Assembly (NCBI GenBank): GCA_035593725.1
Contig: DAOSZN010000008.1
Coordinates: forward strand, 10,052 to 74,051
DNA from: Bacillota bacterium
GTDB lineage: Bacteria > Bacillota > SHA-98 > UBA4971
DNA length: 64,000 bases
Direction: 5' to 3'
Program-made: the position numbers and the translations under genes
The notes under the pieces: model-generated
The model's database searches: none
What the model was told of the DNA's origin: nothing
Seen by the model: the letters and a program-made list of their open reading frames with translations, nothing else
Part shown: piece by piece, positions 17,796 through 31,960 of the stretch
Numbering within the stretch: the first letter of the stretch is position 1
How the letters are laid out: every line of letters starts with the position of its first letter

Positions 17796-18755
17796 ATGTT
17801 CTATGCAGAGACAAAAGGCGAGCTTGCACGCATGATGCCTGACAGTGAATGCTGTATAATCTCTGAGCTTTCCGCAATTGCCAGAAGTTGCGGTAGATTG
17901 GAGATGCGGCAATGTGACGGCGAATCTCTGCCGGTATTTGAGATTTCAACTGAAAATGCAGCTTTTGCCCGTAAGATAATGGCATTTGTCCGTAATGTTT
18001 TCAGGTTTAAGCCTAAAGTAAGGTTCACCAGCCGTAAGCGTGGACTTCCGGGGAACAAGTACACTGTGGAACTGCCGTGCGATGCCGACACTCTTAGGAT
18101 GCTTCAAGATATCGGCGTGATCTCGCAAAAAAGAGGCGGTGTTTCCCTCCGGAACGGTATCCCATGGTCTTTGTTATCCAAGCAATGTTGTCTTAGGTCA
18201 TACCTTCGCGGGGTTTTTCTTGCGAGAGGATATGTGCAAAACCCGGAAAAAGAGTACCACATGGAGGTCATGACAGATAGTTTAACCCATGCTGAAGGGA
18301 TAGTACGAATCGCTGAATCTTTCGATGTAATGCCTAGGATTGCCAGTCGCAAAAAGGGGCACATGGTTTATGTCAAGGGCGGGGACGATGTGGCTCAGTT
18401 GCTTCGGGTAATGGGCGCTCACTCTGCAGTGCTTACCCTGGAAAGTGTCAGAGTGCTTCGAAGTGTGCGCGGGGATGTGAATCGAGTCGTAAATTGCGAA
18501 ACAGCTAACTTGACTAAGGCTGTAGACGCAGGTCTTGCTCAGGTTACAGCTATACGGAAGATTGATGAAATCATCGGGTTGGGGTCGCTCTCTCCCGGAC
18601 TTCAGGAGATTGCCCGGCTTAGGTTAGCTAACCCTGAGATGACCTTAAGGGAACTTGGACGAATGTTGTCACCGCCTATAAGCAAATCCGCTGTCAATCA
18701 CAGGATGAGAAGGCTTATCCAAACTGCGGAACGTTTGAGCGGTAATGTAGGATAA
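17796..18755 (+). CDS. whiA: DNA-binding cell-division protein WhiA
   Basis: YLRGVFLARGY..NPEK.YHME, VNRVVNCETANLTKAV, SKSAVNHRMRRL; ATG 17796 after AGGTGG matches typical N-terminus. Confidence 0.95.
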   Translation: MFYAETKGELARMMPDSECCIISELSAIARSCGRLEMRQCDGESLPVFEISTENAAFARKIMAFVRNVFRFKPKVRFTSRKRGLPGNKYTVELPCDADTLRMLQDIGVISQKRGGVSLRNGIPWSLLSKQCCLRSYLRGVFLARGYVQNPEKEYHMEVMTDSLTHAEGIVRIAESFDVMPRIASRKKGHMVYVKGGDDVAQLLRVMGAHSAVLTLESVRVLRSVRGDVNRVVNCETANLTKAVDAGLAQVTAIRKIDEIIGLGSLSPGLQEIARLRLANPEMTLRELGRMLSPPISKSAVNHRMRRLIQTAERLSGNVG

Positions 18756-18827
18756 GATTCCCGCAAGGATTTTGCAGAGGAAATTCTGTGGTCTTCTCGA
18801 ATACTGTAACGTAGGAGGTGTCAGGTA

Positions 18828-20279
18828 ATGAAGATTGGTTATGAGATGAGTCTTAAGCAGGTTCAGAAGCTTGTGATAACTCCCGAGCTTCGTCAAGCCA
18901 TAACCATTCTTCAATTGCCTTGGATGGAACTGGAGCAGTATATATCTGAAGAAATGTTGGAAAACCCGCTCTTGGAGTTCAAAGATAAAGATGAAGAGCA
19001 AGGCCCGGATTCATCTTGTGATATCCAAGATGAGGATGAATTTTCCCCGGATGAAATTGAAGGACAGACGAATCACGACATAGATTGGCAACTGTATTTT
19101 GAAGACGCAAGTGACATTGGGTACGTGGCCCCTTGGCAAGGCTATGATGAGCCTGAGGTATCATATGAGTCTTTCATTGGCCATATAGGGACTTTTCACG
19201 ATTATCTCATGTTCCAACTACACCTTTCACCTATTAGCGAGGACCGAATGAAAATCGGAGCTTTCATTATCGGCGGGCTCGATGACGATGGTTACCTGCG
19301 TATGAAGATTTCTGAAATAGCAGCTATGTCCGGTGTTTCTTGTGATGAAGTTGAATCAGTTCTTAGCGTTATTCAACAGTTTGACCCGGCAGGTGTTGGT
19401 GCGAGGAGTCTTAAGGAATGTCTTCTGATCCAATTAGAGACCCTAAAGGCCAAGGATATACCTACTTCCAGATTGGAACTGGCAAAGACATTAATAGAGG
19501 AACACCTGGACGATATAGCCCAAGGCGGGCTTATCAAGATTGCAGAGGCTCTGGAAGTCGGGGTTCTCGAAGTCCAGGATGCATGCGACCTAATAAGAAC
19601 TCTTGATCCTAAACCCGGACGGCAGTTTAGAAGTGAGCGCGCTCCGGCTTATATTGAGCCTGATGCGAGCATAGAGAGGGTTGGGGGAGAATATATCGTC
19701 ACTGTCCACGACGTATCTGCTCCACGCCTTAGCATAAATCCTCTTTACAGAAGAATGTTGAGCGCAGCAGACGGGAACCAGGATACTGCTAAAGATTACG
19801 TAAAATCTAAGCTTAACTCGGCGTTATGGCTCATACGCAGTATTGAGCAAAGAAGGCAAACTCTGCAGAAAGTTATAGAGTGTATTGTCAAATTTCAACG
19901 GGATTTCTTCGACAGGGGTGTTAAGTATTTGAGCCCTCTGACACTTGAGGACGTAGCGAGGGAAATCGGAGTGCATGAATCTACGGTGAGCAGAGCGACA
20001 CAAGGCAAGTATGTAGCGACTCCAAGGGGCACATTTGAACTGAAGTTCTTTTTTACCAGCGGAATTCAGACAGTTCATGGGAAAGGCGCTTCAAGCGAGA
20101 GCGTAAAGAAAATGATTCGTGAGATAATTGAAGGGGAAGACCCGGAGAAGCCGTTCAGTGACAGGGCTATCAGAGAGATTCTCATCGAGCAAGGGATTAT
20201 GATTTCGCGTAGGACAGTGGCAAAGTACCGTGAGGAGGAAGGAATAGCACCTTCTACTTTAAGGAAGAGATTTTGCTAG
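18828..20279 (+). CDS. rpoN: RNA polymerase sigma-54 factor
   Basis: LRQAITILQL, DPAGVGARSLKECL, VHESTVSRA, RpoN box SRRTVAKYRE. Confidence 0.97.
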   Translation: MKIGYEMSLKQVQKLVITPELRQAITILQLPWMELEQYISEEMLENPLLEFKDKDEEQGPDSSCDIQDEDEFSPDEIEGQTNHDIDWQLYFEDASDIGYVAPWQGYDEPEVSYESFIGHIGTFHDYLMFQLHLSPISEDRMKIGAFIIGGLDDDGYLRMKISEIAAMSGVSCDEVESVLSVIQQFDPAGVGARSLKECLLIQLETLKAKDIPTSRLELAKTLIEEHLDDIAQGGLIKIAEALEVGVLEVQDACDLIRTLDPKPGRQFRSERAPAYIEPDASIERVGGEYIVTVHDVSAPRLSINPLYRRMLSAADGNQDTAKDYVKSKLNSALWLIRSIEQRRQTLQKVIECIVKFQRDFFDRGVKYLSPLTLEDVAREIGVHESTVSRATQGKYVATPRGTFELKFFFTSGIQTVHGKGASSESVKKMIREIIEGEDPEKPFSDRAIREILIEQGIMISRRTVAKYREEEGIAPSTLRKRFC

Positions 20280-20351
20280 AGATAGAAGGAATTTAAAGGA
20301 GGAAAGCGAATAAACTATAGAAGCGAACAGCACTTTTTTATTTGTCTAAAG

Positions 20352-20391
20352 CGGGACAATATTCATTATGCCGGGACGCAAATAGTCCCGC
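20352..20391 (+). promoter_or_regulatory. CggR operator
   Basis: CGGGAC at 20352 and 20372 (20-bp period, as in the B. subtilis CGGGAC-N6-TGTC-N4 tandem); second unit is palindromic CGGGAC-gcaaata-GTCCCG; directly upstream of cggR. Confidence 0.85.
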
Positions 20392-20460
20392 GAACGGGTC
20401 GGTTTTCCGGGAAAGTATCTGAAAGATCGTGTCAAATCTACATAAGAAAGGTTTGTCCAA

Positions 20461-22502
<2,042 letters not shown>

Positions 22503-22562
22503 GCCGGTCTGCTATGAGAACGGTTATTCAGTCCGGATAGGCGCAAGGAGTGTGATGACTCA

Positions 22563-23756
22563 ATGTCCAAGGCCACAGTAAGAGATATCGACGTAAAAGG
22601 AAAGCGCGTGCTGGTAAGGGTTGACTTCAATGTTCCGCTGGACGATGACGGTAAGATCACAGATGATACACGTATCAGGGCTGCCCTTCCGACTATCAAG
22701 TACCTCTTGGACAGAGGCGCCAAAGTGATACTTGCATCTCACTTAGGACGGCCTAAGGGACAGCGTAGAGAGGAATTCAGCCTGGCGCCGGTTGCTGTGA
22801 GGCTTGAGGAATTGCTTAAACAATCAGTCCGAAAGCTCGATGATTGCATCGGTGATCAGGTAAAGGCTGAGGTCGCTTCAATGAAGGATGGCGACGTAAT
22901 CCTCCTTGAGAACCTAAGGTTTTATCAAGAAGAGGAGGCTAATGATGAAGGCTTTGCAAGGGAACTGGCATCTTTAGCCGACATATATGTAAATGACGCG
23001 TTCGGCACTGCTCATCGCGCTCACGCATCCACTGCGGGAGTTGCAGAGTTCCTCCCCGGGGTTGCCGGTTTCCTTATGGAGAAAGAGATTGAAGCCATGG
23101 GGAAAGCGTTATCCTCGCCTGAGAGGCCTTTCGTTGCGATTCTGGGCGGCGCCAAAGTCAAGGACAAGGTAGGCGTTATCTCGAATCTCATTGAGAAGGT
23201 GGATTCCCTGATAGTCGGGGGAGGAATGGCCTATACTTTCCTGAAAGCTAAAGGTTTTGAGATCGGCAAGTCCATTGTTGATACGGAGAAACTGGATTTG
23301 GCCAAGGAGCTTATGGAGAAGGCAAAGTCAAAGGGCGTCAAGTTCCTTCTACCTGTTGATGTAGTGGTGGCTGACAGGTTCGCGGAGGACGCGGATATTA
23401 AGGTAGTCGAAGTAAGCGAGATCCCTCAGGATTGGCAGGCTCTCGATATAGGGCCAAAGACACGGGAGGAGTTCAGTCGGGAAATTGCCAAGGCTAAAAC
23501 AGTAGTGTGGAACGGCCCGATGGGTGTGTTCGAGATGAAGCCGTTCGCTGAAGGAACCAGGAGTGTCGCAAAAGCCCTTATAGATTCTGAAGCTGTAACT
23601 ATAGTCGGGGGTGGAGACTCAGCCGCAGCCATTTCGGAAATGGGGTTTGCGGACAAGATGACCCATGTTTCTACAGGCGGCGGGGCGTCTCTTGAGTTTC
23701 TCGAGGGCAAGGTCCTTCCCGGTGTCGCTGTGTTAAGAGATAAGAACGATATATAG
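22563..23756 (+). CDS. pgk: Phosphoglycerate kinase
   Basis: [40 protein letters not shown]. Confidence 0.98.
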   Translation: MSKATVRDIDVKGKRVLVRVDFNVPLDDDGKITDDTRIRAALPTIKYLLDRGAKVILASHLGRPKGQRREEFSLAPVAVRLEELLKQSVRKLDDCIGDQVKAEVASMKDGDVILLENLRFYQEEEANDEGFARELASLADIYVNDAFGTAHRAHASTAGVAEFLPGVAGFLMEKEIEAMGKALSSPERPFVAILGGAKVKDKVGVISNLIEKVDSLIVGGGMAYTFLKAKGFEIGKSIVDTEKLDLAKELMEKAKSKGVKFLLPVDVVVADRFAEDADIKVVEVSEIPQDWQALDIGPKTREEFSREIAKAKTVVWNGPMGVFEMKPFAEGTRSVAKALIDSEAVTIVGGGDSAAAISEMGFADKMTHVSTGGGASLEFLEGKVLPGVAVLRDKNDI

Positions 23757-23773
23757 GTAGGGGTGAGAGAAGT

Positions 23774-24523
23774 TTGCGGAGGCGTATCGTTGCAGGAAAC
23801 TGGAAGATGTCGAAGACTGTAGATGAGGCTGTGACTCTTGTTACCGATTTGAAGGGCCTGGTCAAAGATGTGACAGATGTGGAGATCGTGGTTTGCCCTC
23901 CGTTCACTGCCCTTAGTGCTGTTCGTGAGGCGCTGCGAGGCAGCAATATTGAGCTTGCAGCCCAGAACATGCATTGGGAAGATGAAGGCGCTTTCACAGG
24001 TGAAGTATCTCCGGTAATGCTTAGGAATCTCGGGTGCAAGTACGTTATTCTTGGACACTCTGAGAGACGTACATATTTCGGTGAAACTGACGAATGGGTA
24101 AACAGAAAAGTAAAATCCGCCTTATCACACGGGTTGCTCCCGATAATCTGCGTCGGAGAAACTTTAAAGGAACGCGAAGAAGGCAAGACTGAAGAGGTAG
24201 TGACAAGGCAGACGAAGGCAGCTCTTGACGGCATAAAGACGAATGGGGCTGAGCGCATAGTAATAGCGTATGAGCCTGTTTGGGCAATAGGCACAGGCCG
24301 CACTGCATCAGCTGATGAGGCGAACAGGGTAATCCGCATTATAAGAAGCGTTGTAGCTGAGGTTTTCAATTCCCGGATTGCAGACGAGATCAGAATACAG
24401 TACGGCGGGAGCGTTAAGCCTGGCAATGCAGGCGAGTTGTTCCGTCAATCAGATATAGACGGTGCACTTGTAGGAGGCGCAAGTCTGAAGGCGGCTGATT
24501 TTGCTGCTATAGTAAAGGCTTGA
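23774..24523 (+). CDS. tpiA: Triose-phosphate isomerase
   Basis: AGNWKM, GHSERR, AYEPVWAIGTG, YGGSV, LVGGASL; TTG start. Confidence 0.98.
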   Translation: MRRRIVAGNWKMSKTVDEAVTLVTDLKGLVKDVTDVEIVVCPPFTALSAVREALRGSNIELAAQNMHWEDEGAFTGEVSPVMLRNLGCKYVILGHSERRTYFGETDEWVNRKVKSALSHGLLPIICVGETLKEREEGKTEEVVTRQTKAALDGIKTNGAERIVIAYEPVWAIGTGRTASADEANRVIRIIRSVVAEVFNSRIADEIRIQYGGSVKPGNAGELFRQSDIDGALVGGASLKAADFAAIVKA

Positions 24524-24563
24524 CTTATGAGACGCTGATCAGGGAAGGTACGCGGGTATCTAG

Positions 24564-25868
<1,305 letters not shown>

Positions 25869-26121
25869 CCGGATATAACTGTTGGAGTGGAGAAGTGGGC
25901 GCTGTTTTTTTGAACTAAGCGACGGCAGGGCAGCGCCCCTAAGCACCTTTGGATGTTCGGGATACGGTCACATTACAGAATCAACAAAGCAAGAAAGCCT
26001 CTGAATTCAGTTAGGCGCTGAAAGCTTAAATCCGGGAAGTATATGGAAAACCCACTTGGAATAGACCGGCTTATGACTTGCAAACAACACAACTGCCATA
26101 TTATGTAGTTTTGACTGTGCC

Positions 26122-26150
26122 TTGCTGCTTTGTATCCCGTGTGTTAGAAT
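26122..26150 (+). promoter_or_regulatory. Sigma-A type promoter of secG
   Basis: TTGCTG-17bp-TAGAAT with extended -10 TG. Confidence 0.6.
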
Positions 26151-26207
26151 TTAAGGTAGTTTACTTGTAGGTTTTTTCTGAGCAGAATGTACTGGGGGTG
26201 GTGCTCC

Positions 26208-26429
26208 TTGCGCACGGGTCTTGTAGTGTTTCAATTCGTGATATCTATAGTGCTGATTGCTATAGTGCTCCTTCAACCAAGTAAGGGGGAGGGGCTGGGT
26301 TCCATCGGCGGTGGAGGACGGCTGTTCTTCTCTAAGAATAAGAAAATGGAAGAACTCCTGAGCAGAATGACTTCTGTAGTGGCAGTATTATTTTTAGTAT
26401 CCTCAGTATTACTGACTGTAATAAGATAA
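26208..26429 (+). CDS. secG: Preprotein translocase subunit SecG
   Basis: Two hydrophobic helices flanking VLLQPSKGEGLGSIGGGG..F; follows eno; TTG start after GGGGGTGG. Confidence 0.9.
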   Translation: MRTGLVVFQFVISIVLIAIVLLQPSKGEGLGSIGGGGRLFFSKNKKMEELLSRMTSVVAVLFLVSSVLLTVIR

Positions 26430-26527
26430 GCAGTGTTTGTCGCGCTAAGATAGGATGTTAAGTGAGAAGCAGAAACAGAGCATAGCAGTCACGGAAAATT
26501 ATAACGATGTTATATAGAGGTGAGTAG

Positions 26528-28567
26528 TTGATGGCATCAATCGGTGCGTCTTCCATCTTGTACGCGACTTTAGCCGGTGGTATAGGCATTCTTTTTGTTA
26601 TTTATCTTGTGCAGTATGTTATGAAAAAGGATCCGGGAGATGAAACGATACAGGAATTGTCAGGCGCCATACATGAAGGCGCCATGGCTTTTTTAAGACG
26701 TGAATATAAAGTTGTTCTTATTTTCATTGCTGTTCTTTTCGTAGTTCTCTCTTTTGCTATTAACGTTCATACTGCAATAGCTTTTCTTGTAGGAGCGATA
26801 ACATCGGTTTCTGCAGGATACGTAGGGATGAAGATTGCCACAGCTGCTAACGGGAGAACCACCCAGGCTGCAAGCGGTGGTTTTAATGAAGCGCTAAGAG
26901 TGGCATTTCCCGGTGGGGCAGTCATGGGGATGTACGTAGTCAGTATCGGGTTATTCTCTCTGTCTCTTGTCTATTACATAATGGCGAAATTACCCGGCGG
27001 AGATGTGTTCTCTGCAATAGAGTTGATATCCGGATTCAGTATGGGCGCGAGCCTTGTGGCGTTATTTGCGAGGGTTGCAGGAGGTATATATACCAAAGCT
27101 GCTGATGTCGGTGCAGACCTTGTGGGTAAAGTGGAAAAAGGTATTCCTGAAGATGACCCAAGGAACCCTGCAGTTATCGCTGACCTTGTAGGTGATAATG
27201 TAGGGGACGTGGCAGGGATGGGCGCTGACCTTTATGAATCCTATGTAGGTGCAATTGTATCAGCTCTTGTTATTGCTACCGCAACAGGTTTGTCCGGCCC
27301 TGACAGCTTTAAGAGAATCATGTTTGCCCTTGGTTTGGCAAGTATGGGAATTATTGTTTCGATTATCGGAACATTCTTTGTCAGAACCGGCGAGACAGAA
27401 GGCGACCCGGGAGCAGCCTTGCGGACCGGGACTTTCGTAAGCGCCGGGTTGGCGATCGTCGGAGCCTTTCTTTTAAGCAAGTATTACTATGGTGAGCTCA
27501 GCGTGTTTTGGGCAGCCTTATTCGGTCTCTTATCAGGTATGGTTATTGGACAGACCGCTGAAAAGTACACATCCGGAAAGGCAGTGGAAGATCTTGCAGA
27601 GACATGCCGCACCGGAGCTGCTACGAATATTATCGGCGGATTTGCTCTGAGCATGCGCAGCACGGTAGTGCCTCTCATTTTCATTGCCATTTCCACACTG
27701 GTTTCATTCTACACTGCAGGTGTCTACGGTATAGCCATTGCAGCGCTTGGAATGCTTTCTACCGCAGGAATGACGGTTTCCGTTGACGCATATGGACCAA
27801 TATCAGATAACGCAGGCGGGATTGCTGAGATGGCGCAGATGCCGCCCCATGTTCGGGAGGTAACTGATTCTTTGGACGCTGCCGGGAACACTACTGCAGC
27901 TATTGCCAAGGGTTTTGCAATTGGGTCCGCTGCCCTGACAGCGCTTGCTCTTTTCTTCGCATACGTTCATGCAGTGCAGCTTGATGTCATAGACCTATTG
28001 AGTGCTAAAGTTGTGGCAGGTGTTTTTATAGGCGCAATGGTGCCGTATATCTTTGCTTCAGCTGTCATGGACGCTGTAGGGCGCGCTGCGTTTAAAGTCG
28101 TTGAAGAAGTCAGAAGGCAATTTGCTGAAATTCCCGGACTTATGGAAGGCAAAGGGAAGGCAGATTATGCCCGGTGCGTAGACATTACTACTGCTGCTGC
28201 ACTCCGTGAGATGGTAGGTCCCGGACTTGTCGGAGTGCTTATTCCTCTTTTGATTGGGATATTCTTGGGGCCTGAAACTCTAGGCGGTGTCCTGGCAGGA
28301 GCTTTAGCAACCGGTGTACCTTTGGCAATTCAGCTTGCAAATGCAGGCGGTGCCTGGGACAATGCTAAGAAGTACATAGAAGCCGGCAATCTCGGAGGCA
28401 AGGGTACGCCTATTCATGCTGCTGCAGTCATCGGCGACACGGTAGGGGATCCTTTTAAGGATACTGCTGCGCCTGCCATGAATATTTTGATCAAGTTGAT
28501 GACTGTAGTCGCGCTTGTTTTTGCCCCGCTAATCTTACATCTAAACGGACTCGTCGGGTTATTCTAA
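26528..28567 (+). CDS. hppA: Membrane-bound cation-translocating pyrophosphatase, K+-dependent type, probably Na+-pumping
   Basis: [48 protein letters not shown]; GNTTAA (Ala) signature of K+-dependent enzymes; Glu in GADLYESY. Confidence 0.95.
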   Translation: MMASIGASSILYATLAGGIGILFVIYLVQYVMKKDPGDETIQELSGAIHEGAMAFLRREYKVVLIFIAVLFVVLSFAINVHTAIAFLVGAITSVSAGYVGMKIATAANGRTTQAASGGFNEALRVAFPGGAVMGMYVVSIGLFSLSLVYYIMAKLPGGDVFSAIELISGFSMGASLVALFARVAGGIYTKAADVGADLVGKVEKGIPEDDPRNPAVIADLVGDNVGDVAGMGADLYESYVGAIVSALVIATATGLSGPDSFKRIMFALGLASMGIIVSIIGTFFVRTGETEGDPGAALRTGTFVSAGLAIVGAFLLSKYYYGELSVFWAALFGLLSGMVIGQTAEKYTSGKAVEDLAETCRTGAATNIIGGFALSMRSTVVPLIFIAISTLVSFYTAGVYGIAIAALGMLSTAGMTVSVDAYGPISDNAGGIAEMAQMPPHVREVTDSLDAAGNTTAAIAKGFAIGSAALTALALFFAYVHAVQLDVIDLLSAKVVAGVFIGAMVPYIFASAVMDAVGRAAFKVVEEVRRQFAEIPGLMEGKGKADYARCVDITTAAALREMVGPGLVGVLIPLLIGIFLGPETLGGVLAGALATGVPLAIQLANAGGAWDNAKKYIEAGNLGGKGTPIHAAAVIGDTVGDPFKDTAAPAMNILIKLMTVVALVFAPLILHLNGLVGLF

Positions 28568-28627
28568 ATAGATAGGCGGGTACGATACGGGCTGACAGGA
28601 TTGAAATAAACGGAGTTTAAGCTCTAT

Positions 28628-28661
28628 GCCTCGGGTCACCCGGCCCGGGGCGTGCTTTTCT
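28628..28661 (+). terminator. Probable intrinsic terminator after hppA
   Basis: GCCTCGGG-8nt-CCCGGGGC hairpin followed by GTGCTTTTCT. Confidence 0.5.
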
Positions 28662-28776
28662 TAACTGATGTATGCCTTCATTGTTTGTGTCGGCGGACGG
28701 GGAGGACATCAGGCAAAAAACATGAATACACAAAACTCAAGTAACGTACTTGGATGTTATTGAGGGGGAGTTATAT

Positions 28777-29328
28777 ATGGACAGGGAGGATGCGTTAAAA
28801 CTTGTTAAACAGCATGTGAAAACGAGGAATTTGATAAAACACATGCTTGCTACAGAGGCTGTTATGGCATCTCTCGCAAGACATCTTGGTGAAGATGAGG
28901 AGAAATGGGCACTTGCCGGCTTGCTCCATGATATTGACTATGACAAGACTTCAGATGATCCGGATCGTCATAGCATAGTAGGTGGCGCGCTCCTTGAAGA
29001 ACTCGGGGTTGATGAGGACATTGTCTATGCGGTTAAGGCCCACAACGAATGCCACGGACTCCCGAGACGTTCACTTCTTGACAAGGCTCTTTGGGCAGTA
29101 GATCCACTAACCGGGCTGCTGGTGGCAGCTGCGCTCATCCATCCTGAGAAGAAACTAAATGCCATCGACGTAGGTTTCGTGATGAATAGATTCAAAGAAT
29201 CCTCATTTGCACGAGGGGCGAACAGAGATCAGATGAAGTCATGTTCTGAACTAGGCCTTACCCTTGAAGAATTCATAGAAATCGGCCTTGTGGCTATGCA
29301 GGGCATCTCGTCTGAGCTGGGGTTGTGA
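28777..29328 (+). CDS. HD/HDIG-domain metal-dependent phosphohydrolase, function unknown
   Basis: KHMLATEA, GLLHDIDY, AVKAH; ATG 28777 after GAGGGGGAG. Confidence 0.8.
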   Translation: MDREDALKLVKQHVKTRNLIKHMLATEAVMASLARHLGEDEEKWALAGLLHDIDYDKTSDDPDRHSIVGGALLEELGVDEDIVYAVKAHNECHGLPRRSLLDKALWAVDPLTGLLVAAALIHPEKKLNAIDVGFVMNRFKESSFARGANRDQMKSCSELGLTLEEFIEIGLVAMQGISSELGL

Positions 29329-29493
29329 CTATTCTGTTCGTGTTACGTTCATGGTCAGGTTTTGTGTTGTCCCACGCGAGAAAATGATAGAACAAGTGAA
29401 CGTTGCCTTGCGGTAAAATGCGCTGATAATGAAAACCGGCCTTTGCAAGACGCAACCGGGTCAGCGGGTACGGAAGGGTCTCCTCAGGGTCTC

Positions 29494-29522
29494 TTGAACC
29501 ACAGGATCCCTCATGCTATAAT
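29494..29522 (+). promoter_or_regulatory. Sigma-A type promoter of smpB
   Basis: TTGAAC-17bp-TATAAT with extended -10 TG. Confidence 0.75.
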
Positions 29523-29542
29523 TGGCATGCAGGTGAGACAGT

Positions 29543-30004
29543 TTGGCGAATACTAAAATTGTTGCAACAAATCGAAAAGCGTACCATGATTATCATGTGG
29601 ACGAGACATATGAAGCCGGGATTGCCCTTACCGGGACAGAGATTAAGTCAGTCAGGCAAGGGATGGTGAGCCTGCGCGACAGTTTTGCCAGAGTGGAAAA
29701 TGGTGAGGTTTTCTTATATGATATGCATGTAAGCCCTTATGATGCAGGCAATAGATATAACCATGAACCGCGGCGCACAAGGAAACTGTTACTTCATAAA
29801 GCTGAGATACGAAGGCTTGCCACAAAGACACAAGAGAAGGGCTTTACATTGATTCCGCTGAAAGCGTACTTGAAAGGCGGCCGTGCTAAGGTAGAGATTG
29901 CCCTTGCTAAAGGAAAGAGGCTTTTCGATAAGAGAGAAGACATCAAGAAGCGGGATGTTATGAGGCAAGTTGACCGGGCAATCAAGGACAGGGGACAGTA
30001 CTAG
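29543..30004 (+). CDS. smpB: SsrA-binding protein
   Basis: NRKAYHDY, EAGIALTGTEIKS, RTRKLLLH, GKRLFDKRE; adjacent to tmRNA. Confidence 0.98.
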   Translation: MANTKIVATNRKAYHDYHVDETYEAGIALTGTEIKSVRQGMVSLRDSFARVENGEVFLYDMHVSPYDAGNRYNHEPRRTRKLLLHKAEIRRLATKTQEKGFTLIPLKAYLKGGRAKVEIALAKGKRLFDKREDIKKRDVMRQVDRAIKDRGQY

Positions 30005-30061
30005 ACCCTGACAGCTTGAAAAGAGAGTAATTCTGACAATCAGAGAGACGATAAAGTTTGT

Positions 30062-30416
30062 GGGGGCGATATGGTTTCGACGGGGAGCTGTGACGACAAG
30101 GGTAGCGAGCCGAGATCCCGCCGACCTCGTAAAACGGTGGAACGCACGATAAGTGCCAACAACGATTACGCTTACGCTGCTTAAATAAAGTAGCCGTCCA
30201 ATCCGGGCTCATCCTGGGAGACCGGTGCGGGCGTCAAATAAACCAGGACGCTCTCGGGTCCAATTCTCGGAGGACTTGAGCTAAGATCATCGAGATAGCC
30301 CATGAGGAACCGGCGTAGGGGTGCCTCTTGTGCGAAACTAAAATCCTGCGCTACGCTCGTAGAAGCTCTTCGAGTTGCCTCTTCGGACGCGGGTTCGATT
30401 CCCGCCGCCTCCACCA
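30062..30416 (+). ncRNA. ssrA: tmRNA; tag ORF 30155-30184 encodes ANNDYAYAA*
   Basis: 5' GGGGGCG pairs with 3' CGCCTCC-ACCA; T-arm GGGTTCGATTCCC; D-loop GGTTTCGACGGGG; tag ends in YAA-stop. Confidence 0.97.
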
Positions 30417-30687
30417 GTTCTTGCATGGATTATCCCCCGACCTTTCCATCTCTTCCATATGGCTTTCAGTAGCTCCTTTCGTTTTACCTTTTCATTTGGT
30501 CTTGATTCCGGTGCTGCATGCCCCATACCACCAATGATAGTTGATCTTCCGGAGGAGGATGAGGCCGGCTTGTAGAGCATGATATTCTTAGGCTCGGAAT
30601 TATTCGATAGGATACAGGCAATAGAAGGACTTACCTGGCTGCTGATGAATAAGTTTTCATAACAAGAATAACGAAAGGGACGAAAAC

Positions 30688-31839
30688 ATGAATAATTCCA
30701 GGCCCCGTGCCAGGGATATCGGAATCGACATCGGGATATTTGTGCCTGGCAGGTGGAATGCAATCACAGACGTGGGAGACGTAAAGGTCGGCCATGTAAC
30801 GTTGATAAAAGGTGAGGGGAAACTGGTTCCGGGCCAAGGTCCTGTCAGGACCGGTGTAACCGTAATTCTCCCTCATGACGGCAACCTGTTCCAAGAAAAA
30901 GTCCCTGCAGCTTCATATGTTTTCAATGGATTTGGCAAGTCCATAGGTTTGCACCAGGTGAACGAGCTCGGCAACCTGGAAACGCCTATAGCGCTGACTA
31001 ATACTCTCTGCGCCCCGCTTGTAGCCGATGCGTTGATTGAATGGTCCATAAGGAACAATCCTGAGATAGGCATCAATACCGGCACAGTCAACCCGGTCGT
31101 AGGCGAGGTAAACGACGGCATGCTCAATGACATCCAAGGCCGCCATGTCAGGAAAGAACATGTATTCGAGGCAATCACAAGGGCAGAGTCAGGGCCTGTG
31201 GAAGAAGGGTCAGTCGGCGCAGGCACTGGGAGTTCCTGCATGGGCTGGAAAGGCGGCATAGGGACATCGTCACGGGTACTCCCTTATAACCTTGGTGGCT
31301 ATACCGTAGGTGTATTGGTTCAAACTAACTTCGGAGGGATCCTGACAATATGCGGGGCTCCTGTCGGACGAGAGCTGGGGCGCTACTCCTTCAAATGCGA
31401 TTCTCGGTACGACGCGCCTGAAATCAAAGACTCCGAAAGCCCCGACGGATCAGTAATGGTGATTGTGGCTTGCGATGCTCCGCTTGATCATAGACAGTTG
31501 CAGAGGCTGGCGAAAAGAGCAGGCCTCGGACTTGCCAGAACCGGATTCTTCGGCAGTAACGGCTCAGGGGATTTCTTTATAGCCTTCTCCACTATAGAGC
31601 GTATTCTGCATAACGGCCCATTGACCCTTCAAACTGAGGTAGTATCCAACGATTCAATGTCCGCGCTGTTTTTGGCAGTAGTCGAAGCAACGGAAGAAGC
31701 TGTTATTAACTCGATACTTAAAGCCACTACCGTTATCGGACGGGATGAGCGGACTTGTGATGCCATCGACATCCATCAGCTGCTTCAGGTTATGAAGAAG
31801 TATAACGCGCTTAACCGGAACGAAACAATCCTCCCATAG
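30688..31839 (+). CDS. Peptidase family S58 (DmpA-like aminopeptidase)
   Basis: NAITDVGDVKVGH, RTGVTVILP, PIALTNT, EEGSVGAGTG, GIGTSSR, autoprocessing GSNGSGD. Confidence 0.9.
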   Translation: MNNSRPRARDIGIDIGIFVPGRWNAITDVGDVKVGHVTLIKGEGKLVPGQGPVRTGVTVILPHDGNLFQEKVPAASYVFNGFGKSIGLHQVNELGNLETPIALTNTLCAPLVADALIEWSIRNNPEIGINTGTVNPVVGEVNDGMLNDIQGRHVRKEHVFEAITRAESGPVEEGSVGAGTGSSCMGWKGGIGTSSRVLPYNLGGYTVGVLVQTNFGGILTICGAPVGRELGRYSFKCDSRYDAPEIKDSESPDGSVMVIVACDAPLDHRQLQRLAKRAGLGLARTGFFGSNGSGDFFIAFSTIERILHNGPLTLQTEVVSNDSMSALFLAVVEATEEAVINSILKATTVIGRDERTCDAIDIHQLLQVMKKYNALNRNETILP

Positions 31840-31960
31840 GACAGCACAGATAGGAGGAATGGAGTAGGTTCCAGTCGAAGTATGTCTTGAAATTATATCC
31901 AGATGAGTCATGGAACGAGAACCAAGCGTAACCTGCGATAATGAGGGATAGGAGGCTACC

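Noticed and set aside
25897-25910. GGGCGCTGTTTTTT also present at 33321-33334
   Set aside because: Only 14 bp, two copies, terminator-like context; not enough for a repeat family.
29440-29490. CCGGGTCAG...CGGAAG resembling SRP RNA domain IV
   Set aside because: Lacks the conserved TCAGG-CCGGAAGG-AGCAGC core; region is better explained as the smpB promoter.
30338-30763. Minus-strand ORF ending in ssrA with a GMGHA segment suggestive of an integrase remnant
   Set aside because: No HxxR or catalytic Tyr context; overlaps both tmRNA and the peptidase gene.
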